DNA from: Octopus vulgaris
Lineage: Eukaryota
Direction: 5' to 3'
Length of the DNA: 64,000 bases
NCBI GenBank assembly: GCA_951406725.2
Contig: OX597814.1
Span: 6,386,001 to 6,450,000, forward strand
Position 1 is the first letter of the stretch. Every line of letters starts with the position of its first letter. The position numbers and the translations under genes were made by a program. Positions 1 to 12,016 of the stretch are shown piece after piece. A model generated the notes under the pieces. It saw only the letters and a program-made list of their open reading frames with translations. It searched no databases and was not told the origin of the DNA.

Positions 1-56
1 TCCCTCTCTTTTGTGCCTTCTCTCCCTTCCCTCTCTCTCTCTCTCTCTCTCTCTCT

Positions 57-89
<33 letters not shown>

Positions 90-99
90 TATATATATA

Positions 100-250
100 T
101 GATTTAAAGAGTGACTTGAAAAGCCAACCAACCAAGATTTATACTGAAGGTTACAAAATAAAAATAGAAATAGATCTTGCTGAAGATAAGAATTCTCTGC
201 AGAAAGGAATGGAAGAAATAAACAGGAGGAATGCCAACCTGAGCTGTGAG
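100..250 (+). pseudogene. Degraded CR1/L2-type LINE reverse transcriptase fragment
   Basis: Translation YDLKSDLKSQPTKIYTEGYKIKIEIDLAEDKNSLQKGMEEINRR resembles the NDL..K(L/I)YADD.KI...I...ED...LQ.DL..I..W RT segment; the DD motif is lost. Confidence 0.4.
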
Positions 251-255
251 TTAGG

Positions 256-590
256 ATCATCATCATCATCATCATTTAGCGTCCGCCTTCCATGCTAGCA
301 CGGGTTGGACGGTTCAACTGGGGTCTGTGAAGCCAGAAGGCTGCACCAGGCCCCAGTCTGATCTGGCAGTGTTTCTACAGCTGGATGCCCTTCCTAACGC
401 CAACCACTCCGTGAGTGTAGTGGGTGCTTTTTACATGCCACCAGCACAGGTGCCAGACGGGGCTGGCAAACGGCCACGGATGGATGGTGCTTTTTACATG
501 CCACCGGCACGGAGGCCAGTCGGGGCAGTGCTGGCAACGGACACGGTCGGGTGGTGCTTTTTACATGCCACCGGCACGGGGACCAGGCGT
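256..590 (-). mobile_element. RTE-type LINE 3'UTR (5'-truncated), (GAT)n tail
   Basis: (CAT)n followed by TTTAGCGTCCGCCTTCCATGCTAGC...CTGGATGCCCTTCCTAACGCCAACCAC and three GTGCTTTTTACATGCCACC units; family recurs more than 20 times in the window. Confidence 0.85.
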
Positions 591-777
591 AGTGTAGGGT
601 GAAATGTCATGAAACGACCAAAGCTAGAAAAAAGAATCATTATTACAGACAATCCTTTGAAGGGAGTCTTAGTCTTGCAAGCTGCATGGTGACCTAACTA
701 ACAAAGTGGTTGGTATTAGGAAGGGCATCCAGCTGTAGAAACCATGCCAGAGCAGAGAGTGAAACCTGGTGCAAGCC

Positions 778-952
778 TCATCATCATCATCACTGTTCGA
801 CCGTGGTCGAGACAATGGAATTTACTATGTTACGCCAGACTTCACTGTCCATCATAGCATTACGGAGGTCCTGTTGCTGGATGCCTGCATCCCTGGAGAC
901 CACATCAGGGTAGGAGAGCGTGCACTCTCCGGCATCGCGAGCAGACAGCCCC
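778..952 (-). mobile_element. RTE-clade LINE ORF C-terminus ending directly in a (TGA)n tail
   Basis: Minus translation TLSYPDVVSRDAGIQQQDLRNAMMDSEVWRNIVNSIVSTTVEQ* then TGATGATGA; matches the RTE C-terminal pattern Y.D....D.G.....L..AM.DR..WR. Confidence 0.7.
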
Positions 953-954
953 CA

Positions 955-1114
955 GAGGAGTGGTTGGCGTTAGGAAGGATATCCTGCATGAGAAACACTG
1001 CCAAATCAGACTGGGCCTGGTGCAGCCTTCTGGCTTCCCAGACCCCAGTTGAACTGTCCAACCCATGCTAGCATGGAAAGCGGACGCTAAACAATGATGA
1101 TGATGATGATGATG
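955..1114 (+). mobile_element. RTE-type LINE 3'UTR fragment
   Basis: GAGTGGTTGGCGTTAGGAAGG...CCAACCCATGCTAGCATGGAAAGCGGACG then (GAT)n. Confidence 0.85.
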
Positions 1115-2736
1115 ACTAACCAAAAGCAACATCATGGCTTTTCAAGAAAGGAATTAAAAAAATACATTTCCCAACGAGTTTGTTGTCAACTTAATGTGAC
1201 AGTCCCATAAAAGGGAAGAATGCTGCTGTTATTTAGCCCTAGGAAACACTGTTTTCTATTGGACTTGACACATTTCCTTGTGTCCTTATGTTTTCAAAGT
1301 GAAGATAAGTACCTCCACCCAGCAAAGCCAGCATCCAGAGACTAGTCTCAGAGTCATTGCTCATCGTCTGCCATCAGCACTGAAAGGGTTAAATCAGGTT
1401 GAAAATTTCCCCCAACAACCATTCAGAATGTGTAGGAGTCAATTTCTTGGGATATTCAAGGCATGATTGATGCTGCCAAAGGTGGACCAAGTCTGTATTA
1501 AATTATATAAAACTTCCACTGAATGAGTAGTTTCTATTATGTTTTTCCATGGGCCCCTGTCTGTTGTTTAGAACTTGCTTAAATAGTGGCCACTGATAGG
1601 GTCACACTGGATTGCAGAGCTCCCAAGTTTTATAATTGCAATATCAAAATTCATTAACAATAAATTAACTTTTGACAGTTCATCAATTTTTTAATATTTA
1701 GGAACTGGTTGTCTCGGTAATGTTGCCCCAGTGGTGGGTGGTGGGATGGGAAGGTGGGAACCATATTTAGTTGTTATTAATTCTTCCAGACTTTCTGACA
1801 TTTTCGTAATTACAATATATTAACATTTAGTGCCAATTATCTTTAATATAAGCTTCACATAAACGAAGGCTCATTAATGAAACCTCGTCAACCCCAATAT
1901 GAATATCGTAATTAAAGAAGCCTGCAACATACATCTGAATATAAGTAATATCTTCTCAATACTATGGTACATCAGTGATGGCTCTCCCATTCTAAGATTT
2001 CTTCCAGTCATTTAAAACTGTTTATTGAAGAAGAAGACAGTCTTTTGGTAAGCGTTTTGGAGAAATAACTACTAATAACAAAACAGAAGTTATTTCTAGT
2101 TCCATAAATCTGTCTTTGTATTAAATTCCAGATTTATCATTAATTCATATTTTGGCACTAACATAAAAAAAAAAAAAATTCTGAAATGAGTAAATCAAAT
2201 ATTTTGGCCCATCTTAACTTCTTTAAATAATCCATTATTGTCAGTATTTTTTTTCCTTTTTTCTTTTTTGCATGATGTCAGCTGACGAGTAATGAAAGCC
2301 AGTCTAGATTGTTTCAATAATTAAAATAGCTCGACAATAGATTACAGCCAGAAATACAGCAACATTACCAGTTTTTTTTTTTTTTTTTTTACTAATATGT
2401 AATAATTCCCAAAGTGGAAACTAATTAATAAATGAATAAGAAATATTGCTAAAATGAAATAAAATGAAATAAATAAATAAAATTATCTCACTTTGAAAAA
2501 TGTTTGTAAATCTATAGAAATAAGTGTATGGAAAGTCTTTGGAAATAAAAGCATTCATCAGCAAATAAGTTCATCTGGAATTTTCTGTTGTAGCCGGGAC
2601 ACTTTGCCATTTCAACTACAATGACTAACAATTTCACAAGAGACATCGATATTCTTATACCTTTGCTAGCATTACCATCTATGAAATATTGGTAGAGCAA
2701 TGCTACATTTTATATACAGGATACAATTGCAGTTGA

Positions 2737-2786
<50 letters not shown>

Positions 2787-2890
2787 TGAGTGTAGCACAG
2801 TGTAATGTTTTTAGTTCAAATCAGCACAAAACATATTGTAAATATATTTATTCCTTCAAAATATAATTGCCATCATCAGCAATGATATAT

Positions 2891-3258
2891 CTCTTTTACT
2901 CTCTTACTTGTTTCAGTCATTTGACTGTGGCCATGCTGGAGCACCGCCTTTAGTCGAGCAAATCGACCACAGGACTTATTCTTTGTAAGCCTAGTACTTA
3001 TTCTATCAGTCTCTTTTGCTGGACATAAACACACCACCATCGGTTGTCAAGTGATGCTGGGGAGACAAACATACACTCACACACACGCATGTATATGACG
3101 GGCTTCTTTCAGTTTCTGTTTACCAAATCCACTCATGAGGCTTTGGTCAGCATGAGGCTATAGTAGAAGACACTTGCCCAAGGTGCCACGCAGTGGAACT
3201 GAACCCAGAACCATGTGGTTGGTAAGCAAGCTACTTACCACACAGCCACACCTGTGCC
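2891..3258 (-). mobile_element. tRNA-derived CORE-type SINE (family A)
   Basis: Minus strand has GTGGCTGTGTGGTAAG head, GGTTCAGTTCC B-box-like motif, CORE-like CACCTTGGGCAAGTGTCTT, and tail GACTGAAACAAGTAAGAGAG. Confidence 0.85.
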
Positions 3259-3369
3259 TATCCCACTTTGAAATCAGATTTCTGATTCTTCAGACAAAAA
3301 AAAAAAACCCTGAGAAGATAATCCAAGAAAGACTAAAGCAAAATGATTGGAGAGCCATTTCCCCATTCA

Positions 3370-3860
3370 TTGACTGTGAATGGTTTTCCACTGGCAAAGA
3401 GTTTTGTTCTAGTGACCTAAAGAAGGGTGAGAAATGAATGTCTGTGTCAACAATAAACATTAGAAGCAGTGGTTGTCACCAAACGAAAATCCAGTTCCAT
3501 AACCAAACGAAATTTAGATGCAAAGAAGATTTTGCTGGGCATTTGGTGGAATAAAACAGATATTGTTCACTTTGAATTATTGGAACAAGGCAAAAGCATC
3601 AGAGAAGACTTTGTCAACATCTTGAATGTGTCAATCAAGTTTTGTTCAAAAAACAACCAGTTTTAGTCAGCAGAAAGAGATGCATCTTGCAAGTCAACAT
3701 TCAGAGAAGACAACCCCAAAAAAGACTAACCCATCCTACTAGGAAACTACCTCACCCACCCTACTCAGCAGACCGAGTCCCATCAGCTTTTCAGATTTTG
3801 AAATGTCTTAACAGACAAAAATCTCATGTTAGAGATAAATTCTATATTTTTTCCCCTTGG
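3370..3860 (+). pseudogene. mariner transposase relic (frameshifted DDD domain)
   Basis: KKILLGIWWNKTDIVHFELLEQGKSI (mariner KVML.VWW...GIVH.ELL..G.TI) and LPHPPYSADRVPS (LPHPPYSPDLAPS motif) in different frames. Confidence 0.85.
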
Positions 3861-3993
3861 TAAATGATCTGAGTTGCACATTTGAAATGCATTTAAAATA
3901 TTGGTTTCAAATTTTGGCACAAGGCCAGCATGTTCAGGAGATCTCACTGCTCAAATGATATGTATTTTTATTGATTCTGACTTTATGGGACAT

Positions 3994-4470
3994 ATCATCA
4001 TTTAACATCCATTTTCCATGCTGGCATGGGTTGGACAGTTCAACAGGAGCTGTACAACTAAAGAACTGGACTCTATGAATGTTTTGGCATGGTTTCTATG
4101 GCTAGATGTCCTTCCTAATGCCAACCACTTTACAAAATGTACTGGGTGCTTTTTATGTGGTACCAGCAGGGGTCTCAAAATTCTGTTATGGTGGATGGGC
4201 CTTCTTGAGTACAAAGGGCCAGATATCTTGGTCCTTTGTCATCTCCTTCATAAGGCTCAATGGTAAGAGATCAGCCTTATCTCACTGGGTCTCCCTCCTC
4301 CATGAGTTCCAGCCACTTGATCAGCACGTCTGTATGCAACTGTCTACATCCATACACATCACACGATCAAACCAGCCAAGTCTTCTCTCTTGCACACGGC
4401 ATCTAATTCCTCATTGCTCTTATGCTTCTCTTTTCTCCCAATACACTACTACATGTACACTGACATTGCT
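3994..4470 (-). mobile_element. RTE LINE 3' end: ORF C-terminus running into the common 3'UTR
   Basis: Minus translation VQERRLGWFDRVMCMD...EMTKDQDIW (RTE RRLRWFGHV motif) continues into AAAAAGCACCC...AGGAAGGACATC...GTTAAATGATGAT. Confidence 0.75.
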
Positions 4471-4475
4471 CATCC

Positions 4476-4881
4476 AGGCGTGACTGTGTGGTACCTTGGG
4501 CAAGTGTCTTCTACTATATCCTCGAGCTGACCAAAGCCTTGTGAGTGGATTTGAAAACTGAAAGAAGCCTGCTGTGTACATGCATGTATATATATATATA
4601 TATATATACATACACACACACACAAACATATATATATACATACACACACACACAAACATATATATATACATACACACACACACATATATACATACACGCA
4701 CACACATACATACACACACACACATATATACATACACACACACACACATATATACATACACACACACACACACACACAAACATACACACACACACACACA
4801 CATACATACACACACACACACACATACATACACACACACACACACACATACATACACACACACACACACACACATATACAT

Positions 4882-4938
<57 letters not shown>

Positions 4939-5168
4939 TGGATAGATAGATACACATACATATGTATATGTTTGTGTATTTGTCCCCCTCACCATTGCTT
5001 GACAACCGATCTTGATGTGTTTGCGTCCCCGTAACTCAGCGGTTCAGTGAAAGAGATTGATAGAATAAGTACTAGGCTTACAAAGAATAAGTCCAGAGGT
5101 TAATTTCTTCAACTGAAAGGCAGTGTTCCAGCATGGCCACAGTCAAAATGCCTAAAACAAATAAAAGA
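4476..5168 (+). mobile_element. Family A SINE (5'-deleted) with hugely expanded internal (TA/CA)n microsatellite
   Basis: CCTTGGGCAAGTGTCTTCTACTAT...AAAGAAGCC, about 390 nt of microsatellite (4580-4970), then TTTGTCCCC...CAGCATGGCCACAGTC. Confidence 0.8.
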
Positions 5169-5180
5169 TTATATGTATAT

Positions 5181-5346
5181 GTCAGTGACATCGAAGTTTC
5201 ACCCAGCTACCATTGGATTGGGATGCATCTGAGTTAATCTTGGCTTTAGGATAGTCTCTGCTAAGATAATGTGTAAAACCAAGATTTGCTGAAATGCATC
5301 ACAATCTGATGATGGCTTATCTGACCGAAACTTTGAAGTCACTGTC
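5181..5346. repeat. Imperfect inverted repeat carrying a hammerhead-like core (Penelope-type relic)
   Basis: Arms 5181-5248 and 5274-5346 are reverse complements; right arm has CTGATGA(5306)-TGGCTTATCTGACC-GAAAC. Confidence 0.5.
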
Positions 5347-5445
5347 AACAGCATTCTTGTTAAAGAAGAATAAATTTGAACTCTACAAAAGTATAAAGCA
5401 ATCTTTTAGATTAATCTCAAACTGCTTTTATTATGATTGAACATA

Positions 5446-6032
5446 AGGCACCGAACTGGCAGAAGCACTAGCATGCTGGGTGAAATGCTTAGCAATACTT
5501 CCTCTGTCACTACGTTCTGAGTTCAAATTCTGCTGAGGTCGACTTTACCTTTCAGCCTTTCAGAGTTGATAAATCAAATAGTAGTGAACTAGTAGGGTGC
5601 CAAGAGCACCATCCTAGCGTGATCGTTGCCAGAGCAGCCAACTGGCTCTGTGCTGGTGGCACGTAAAAGGGCACCATTTGAGCATGATCGTTACCAATGT
5701 CGCCTTACTGGCACCTGTGTAAAAAAAATTCGAGCGAGGTCATTGCCAGTACTGCCTGACTGGCCCCATACTGGTGACACGTAAAAAGCACCCACTACAC
5801 TCTTGGAGTGGTTGGTGTTAAGAAGGGCATCCAGCTGTAGAAACTCTGCCAGATAAGACTGGAGTCTGGTGCAGCCATCTGATTCACCAGCCCTCAGTCA
5901 AAATCGTCCAACCCATGCTAGCATGGAAAGCGGACTTTAAACGATGATGATGATGATGAAACACTGGGGTTGATGTATTCGACTTATTCCCTTCCTCCAA
6001 GATTGTTGCCCTTGTGGCAAAATTTGAAACCA
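5446..6032 (+). mobile_element. Nin/Deu-domain tRNA SINE interrupted by an RTE 3'UTR copy (5590-5958)
   Basis: AAGGCACCGAACTGGCAGAA...GAGTTCAAATTC...TTTCAGCCTTTCAGAGTTGATAAA, then the RTE copy with (GAT)n tail, then the SINE resumes at ACTGGGGTTGATGTATTCGAC. Confidence 0.75.
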
Positions 6033-6740
6033 TTATAACTGAACATAAAAACAAACATTAATGTATGTTTTTCTTCACTTTTTCCCATGTTGGCGTAGGG
6101 TAGAGAGTTCATCACGGTTCAAGCTATTTCTTATTGCGAGCCATTGCTTCTACTGACCGGTGCACAGGCATGTTATCAGGCTTAGTTTCTCTCATCATCA
6201 TCATCATCATCAATCTGATCTGGCAAAGTTCCTACAGCTGGATGCCCTTCCTAATGCCAACCTTATGGTGAGATACTCTTTCCAGTGACAGTCTAGTTTA
6301 CAGAGTGTACTGCATGCATTTTTGTGACACTAACACAACTGATGTTAAACAGTCCTTAGGGAACTCAGGACTAGACTGAGTGGTTAAGAAGTTCAATTCA
6401 CAACTATGCTGCTTTAGAATCAATCATATGTTGCACCTTTGGGCAAGCACCTCTTCTACTACAGCTCCAAGAATAAAGGCTTGTGAGTAAATTTGGTCGG
6501 CAGAAACAGAAGTCTGTCATGTGTTTATGTCTCCTTGTTGTGGTGTCACATGCTAATTGTTATGAGAACATCACTATCATATCAGCAGTATTGTCTGTTG
6601 GCAATCTTCCATGAGAAAATATCCAGAGAGGGAAATATTACCTTGCTTGAAAACAAGTGAAGGTGGCAAGAGGGGGGACATTCAGCCAGAGGAAATCAAT
6701 CTCAATAAACTCTGTCCAACCCATGCAGGCTGCAGAAATA

Positions 6741-6974
6741 TATTTCTTTATTGCCCACAAGGGGCTAAACATAGAGGGGACAAACAAAGACAGACAAAGG
6801 GATTAAGTCAACTATATCGACCCCAGTGCGCAACTGGTACTTTATTTATTGACCCCCGAAAGGATGAAAGGCAAAGTCGACCTCGGCGGTGTTTGAACCC
6901 AGAACGTAACGACAGACGAAATACGGCTGAGCATTTCGCCCGGCGTGCTAACGTTTCTGCCAGCTCGCTGCCTT
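6741..6974 (-). mobile_element. Nin/Deu-domain tRNA SINE (family E)
   Basis: Minus strand GCGAGCTGGCAGAAACGTTAGCACGCCGGGCG...GCCTTTCATCCTTTCGGGGGTCAATAAAT...AGTACCAG (Nin-domain-like). Confidence 0.85.
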
Positions 6975-7299
6975 TGCAAGCTGCAGAAATAGATGTGAAA
7001 ACACCGAGGGGACACACATGTGTGTGTGTATTTAAACCCATTGCAAGGAAGAGTCCTTCTGAGAGTCTTGTTATGAAATCTGGGGATGAGAATGACACTG
7101 ACCACTTGCATTGTTGGAACCTATTTTCAAACACACAAAGTTTTGTTTTATCATTAGCTCCTTATTTTCCCACAGAATAAGGGATTTATTGAATAACATT
7201 TCTACATGGAACTGACAATATTATTCCTTTTATATCCAAATTTTTCCTTTTCACTGTATATCTACTAAATGGATGGATTTCTGGCGGCAGGAAGGAATA

Positions 7300-7595
7300 T
7301 CTTTATATATAAAAGTCAAGTTGTGTGTCTGTCTCCTACGATTTAGATTCCTAACTACTGCCACATTTTGTGGTGCAGTTTAACCAAAACCGGGTATCTT
7401 ATAGTCGTGATTCATATCGAGCCCTTCTGGGTATTAGCACGCGTCTACGATGAGTACGATTTAAAAAAAAAATTTACCATCATTTTTTTCCCTTTTTTAA
7501 TGCATTTTTTGGCTATTTTTTGGCTATAACTCTCTAAAAATGCTTATATAGTTATTTCCCTTACAAACCCGAGCAACGCCTAGCGATACTGCTAG
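7300..7595 (+). mobile_element. Non-autonomous Helitron
   Basis: A|TC 5' end, CTAG|T 3' end, subterminal CCCGAGCAACGCC(T)AG hairpin region, no TSD. Confidence 0.8.
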
Positions 7596-9823
7596 TATTT
7601 GATAAGGAAATATTTAATTGCTTCAGAGAACACACAGAGTACGTTGTTGGCTAGTGTTAACATTTATGAAATAATTACAGAAAAAAAAAAGATTTTCTTT
7701 CAGAAACTTTGGTACTGATATTATTGGACAGAATATAGAATCAGAGTATGGAACAGTATGGAATCACAGATATTGGTGCCCAGCACTGTAGTGATGGAAC
7801 AAAATGTAATTAGCAAGCAATTAATCAACAACTACCAATATATTCAACATGGAAAGGTGATTAGAACATTATAAAGTGTGTCAAAGATGACATTTATGAT
7901 GCCTTTAATTAATCTACCTACATCAAATATATGCAGGCTTAGAAATTAATACAATTAGCCACATATCTTCAGTAATTTTATCAGCTGTCAGAGGAAATCG
8001 AGAACCTTTACAGTGGATGAAATAATCAGCAATAGTTGTGGCTAATGATGTGGATACAGATTTGTTGAAAAACACATTTTGTAAAATTCTGTAAATCCTA
8101 TTTGTCTCAATATATATAGCAATGGGTTTTCCCTCCAGAAAAATCATTATCATAGAAAGCCAGCATCATCACCATCATCGTCATCATCTTCTGTCCACTT
8201 TCTATGTTGATACAGGTTAGATGAGTCATCCTGATCTGAGTCAATGTTTATTTCAAGTCATTCCCCACCTGGCTAGGTTAGAAGATCACATCTCACTCAT
8301 ATGCCTCACTTCTTTGCTTGTTTTCTACAGCTGGATGCTCTTCCAAACACCAACCACTTTAAAAAGGGTCCCGGCTGTATTTTATTAGGGCACTAACAAC
8401 ACCAATCGAACCTCTTCATCCACTCTGCTCATTCACCAATTTGACAAGGAAATAAATTAAGACCAATTTTTAAATTTCAGGTGAACTGAATGGTCCACAG
8501 TAGATGACTGGAATATAGCTCCACTATATTATGTATTTACACTAAAAACAGGATTGAAATCCATTCTCAGCAGCCATTTAAGCTTACTGAGGTTACTTTA
8601 TATTGTTCTAATCAATTCATCTAAGTATTAGCACAGAAATGGAGATACAAAATGGTTTGTAGTAAGTTCTGTCAGTCACCACTGCCTCTCCTCTGACATT
8701 TACTCCTCTCTTCCCTCACTCAAATCTGCTATGAATCCCCTGCCACCCCTGTTCACCATTCATTCTGACCACCTCCAGCCCAGGTTTATATCCATTAAGG
8801 TGGAAAGCTGGCAGAATCGTCAGGGTCGATAAATTAAGTACCAGTTACGCACTGGGGTCGATATAATCGACTTAATCCGTTTGTCTGTCCTTGTTTGTCC
8901 TCACTGTGTTTAGCCCCTTGTGGGTAGTAAATAGGTTTATATCCATCTCTCACTCTTCAATCGGTCTTGAAATCTTTACCCACCATCCTTGAGACTTCTG
9001 TCTTTAACCTCTCTTCTATTCAGCTGCTTCTTCATCCTTACATTTACCTCTCTTTGTGGCACCATTTAAAATACAAAGTAGCCATGGTTTTTATGTTTGA
9101 AGTAATTTCGTCTTAAACACATTGGTGTCACCCGTACGGAGTGGGCTGTTTCACATTCACTGTAAAAAGATGTGGGGCAACAACAATGAACAGTGACACA
9201 GTTATAATTCACGCCACACTTGCCGGGATATGTGTGGCACCCAATTAGGACAGCCTGTTTCATTACACTAGAATCAACAATCACTTCAAGAAAACCACAT
9301 TTGTCACACACGACTTGAACTCTAAGGATCACCAGCGATACAATCCAGGTATTGTTACAACAGCATATTATGACGCTTGTAGCATTACCACAAGACCGAC
9401 TTCATTTCTATAACATCTGAAATATTCACTGAAACCATGCTATGGTTACTACACCTATATCATTACAACAACACACACATATATTTATATATATAGTACA
9501 CACATATATATATATTGTACACACATATATATATATTGTACACATATATATGCAGCCTTCGGGCTTCCCAGACCCCAGTTGAACCATCCAACCCATGCTA
9601 GCATGGAAAGCGGACGTTAAACGATAATGATGATGATTGTACACACACATATACATATATATATATGTATATATATATACATATATATGTATATATATAT
9701 ATATTGTACACATATATATATTGTACACATATGTATATATATTGTACACACACATATATATATATTGTACACACATATATATACATATTGTACACACACA
9801 CACACATATATATATATCTTGTA

Positions 9824-10016
9824 TGTGCTAGTGGCACATAAAAAGCACCCACTACACTCTCGGAGTGGTTGGCATTAGGAAGGGCATCCAGCTGTAGAAA
9901 CTCTGCCAGATCAAGACTGGAGTCTGGTGCAACCATCTGGTTCACCAGCCCTCAGTCAAAATCGTCCAACCCATGCTAGCATGGAAAGTGGACGTTAAAC
10001 GATGATGATGATGATG
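9824..10016 (+). mobile_element. RTE-type LINE 3'UTR
   Basis: GTGCTAGTGGCACATAAAAAGCACC...GGACGTTAAAC(GAT)n. Confidence 0.85.
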
Positions 10017-10246
10017 TACAGCGGTGATACATCATACCAAACAAGAACCACAACTGAACTGCTTTCCTACACATTACCTTCAGTATCCCCTGGGTGGGCA
10101 CTCATGCCCTTACCCCACCAATGTTGTCCATCCACTGAAACTTAAAAAAAAAAAAAATACTCCCTTCTTGTCTACATTAAAAGCAACACCCTACTCTATA
10201 CTTTCATACAACACTGTATAAAATAAGGGTTTGTTAATGAAATCAA

Positions 10247-10470
10247 ATCATCATCATCATCATCATCATTGTTTAACGTCCGTTTTCCACGCTATCACGG
10301 GTTGGACGGTTTGACCGGGGTCTGGGAAGCCAGGAGGCTGCACCAGGTTCCAGTCTGATCTGGCAGAGTTTCTACAGCTGGATGCCCTTCCTAACGCCAA
10401 CCACTCTGCGAGTGTAGTGGGTGCTTTTTACGTGCCACCTGCACTGGTGCCAGGGGGGTCCGGCATCGGG
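10247..10470 (-). mobile_element. RTE-type LINE 3'UTR
   Basis: (CAT)n TTTAACGTCCG...GTGCTTTTTACGTGCCACC. Confidence 0.85.
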
Positions 10471-11540
10471 TAAATGTTTATTATACAAAAAATACTGTGA
10501 AGCAACGGTAAGCAGCTTCCGTTGCCAGTTGAAACTTTTCCCGTTTGCTCACCATTTTGAGGTTGGCATTAATGTCACATTTTATGGTTATTTTTCTAGA
10601 ATGTAGCCATTGATAAATGACGGTTTTCTTTTATCTCAGACTTTTCCAAAGAGTCAAGAAAACATCACATCAACTAGAAAATGGTAAACTTAACAAAGAA
10701 AAAAGAAAGAAAAAGAGGTAGTTGGTTGATTTTGGATGAAGCAAATACGTGATTGCAGTATATTCCAATCATGACTATTTCACCATTTTTTCTGTTCAGA
10801 TATAGCAACTAATATAACATTATACTGTCCTAAGTATCCTTCTGTTTTTAAGACATTAAGATATGATTTCAATATTTGGCTGCTATCTTTGTTGAGTGAC
10901 CAAGAACGGGTTCTTTTATTGACCCGATTGCAACATAGCTGTCTCTTATGATACAATCTTTATCAGGTTGTACTAATAATAGATTTTGTACAATTTTTAT
11001 TCGTAATAATTTCCATTTCAATTATTTTTTAGAAGCCAATTGAACATTTTGCAATCAGTTTCAATAACAACAACAACAATTTTAAGATTTCTTATAGAAA
11101 AACAAGAAAAACTTGATTTCTTACACAAGAAATATTGTGGTTGATGATGATGATGATGGTAATGGTGATGAAATAATAAATATGGCCAAAATGTCATGAA
11201 GAATTTACTTCACTGAACAATCTTTGTTAAACAATCTTTAACAAAATCTTATCGATTCATACATTCACTTTCTCTTCTTTGTTATATATCATCATTTTAA
11301 TGTCTACTTTTTTTTAAGTTTCTGCTCCCCCCCCCACTGTCCACTCACATGGCTTTGGCTGGTCAGAGGCTATATAAGAAGACATTTTCCCAAGGTGCCA
11401 TGCAGTGAAACTGAACCCAAAACCTCATAGTTGGGGAGTGAACATTTTAACCACACTGCCAAGCCTGCATCTACAATATTATAATATACATACATACACA
11501 CATAGACATCATACATCATATATATATACATATATATATA

Positions 11541-11975
11541 TCATCATCGTTTAACGTCCGTTCTCCATGCTAGCATGGGTTGGACGGTTCGACTGGGGAT
11601 CTGGGAAGCCAGGAGGCTGCACCAGGCTCCGGTCTTATCTGGCAATGTTTCTACAGCTTGATGCCCTTCCTAACGCCAACCACTCCGTGAGTGTAGTGGG
11701 TGCTTTTTACGTGCCACCTGCACTGGTGCCAGGCGAGGCTGGCATCGGCCACGGTCGGATTGGTGCATTTTGCGTGCCACCGGCATGGAAGCCAGTCGAG
11801 GCGGCACTGGCTTCGATCACGATTCGGATGGTGCTTTTTACGTGCCACCGACACGGAAGCCAGTCGAGGCAGCGCTGGCATCGGCCATGATTTGGATAGT
11901 GCTTTTATGTATCTCCAGTCCAGGGGTCCTGGCATCTGCCGGGTGCCAGTCATAGGATTGGTTCAATTTCGATTC
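11541..11975 (-). mobile_element. RTE-type LINE 3'UTR with about 4 minisatellite units
   Basis: Same family; repeated GTGCTTTTTACGTGCCACC...GGCATCGGCCAC units. Confidence 0.85.
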
Positions 11976-12016
11976 CGATATATATATATATGTATGTATA
12001 CACACACACATACATA

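Noticed and set aside
327-602. Recurrent ORF family [20 protein letters not shown]
   Set aside because: Antisense translation of the RTE 3'UTR repeat, not a protein family
4420-5005. Long Cys/Val/Tyr/His/Thr ORFs (also at 9.4-9.9, 21.0-21.5, 35.2-35.6 and 36.3-37.8 kb)
   Set aside because: Translations of dinucleotide and tetranucleotide microsatellites, open in several frames on both strands
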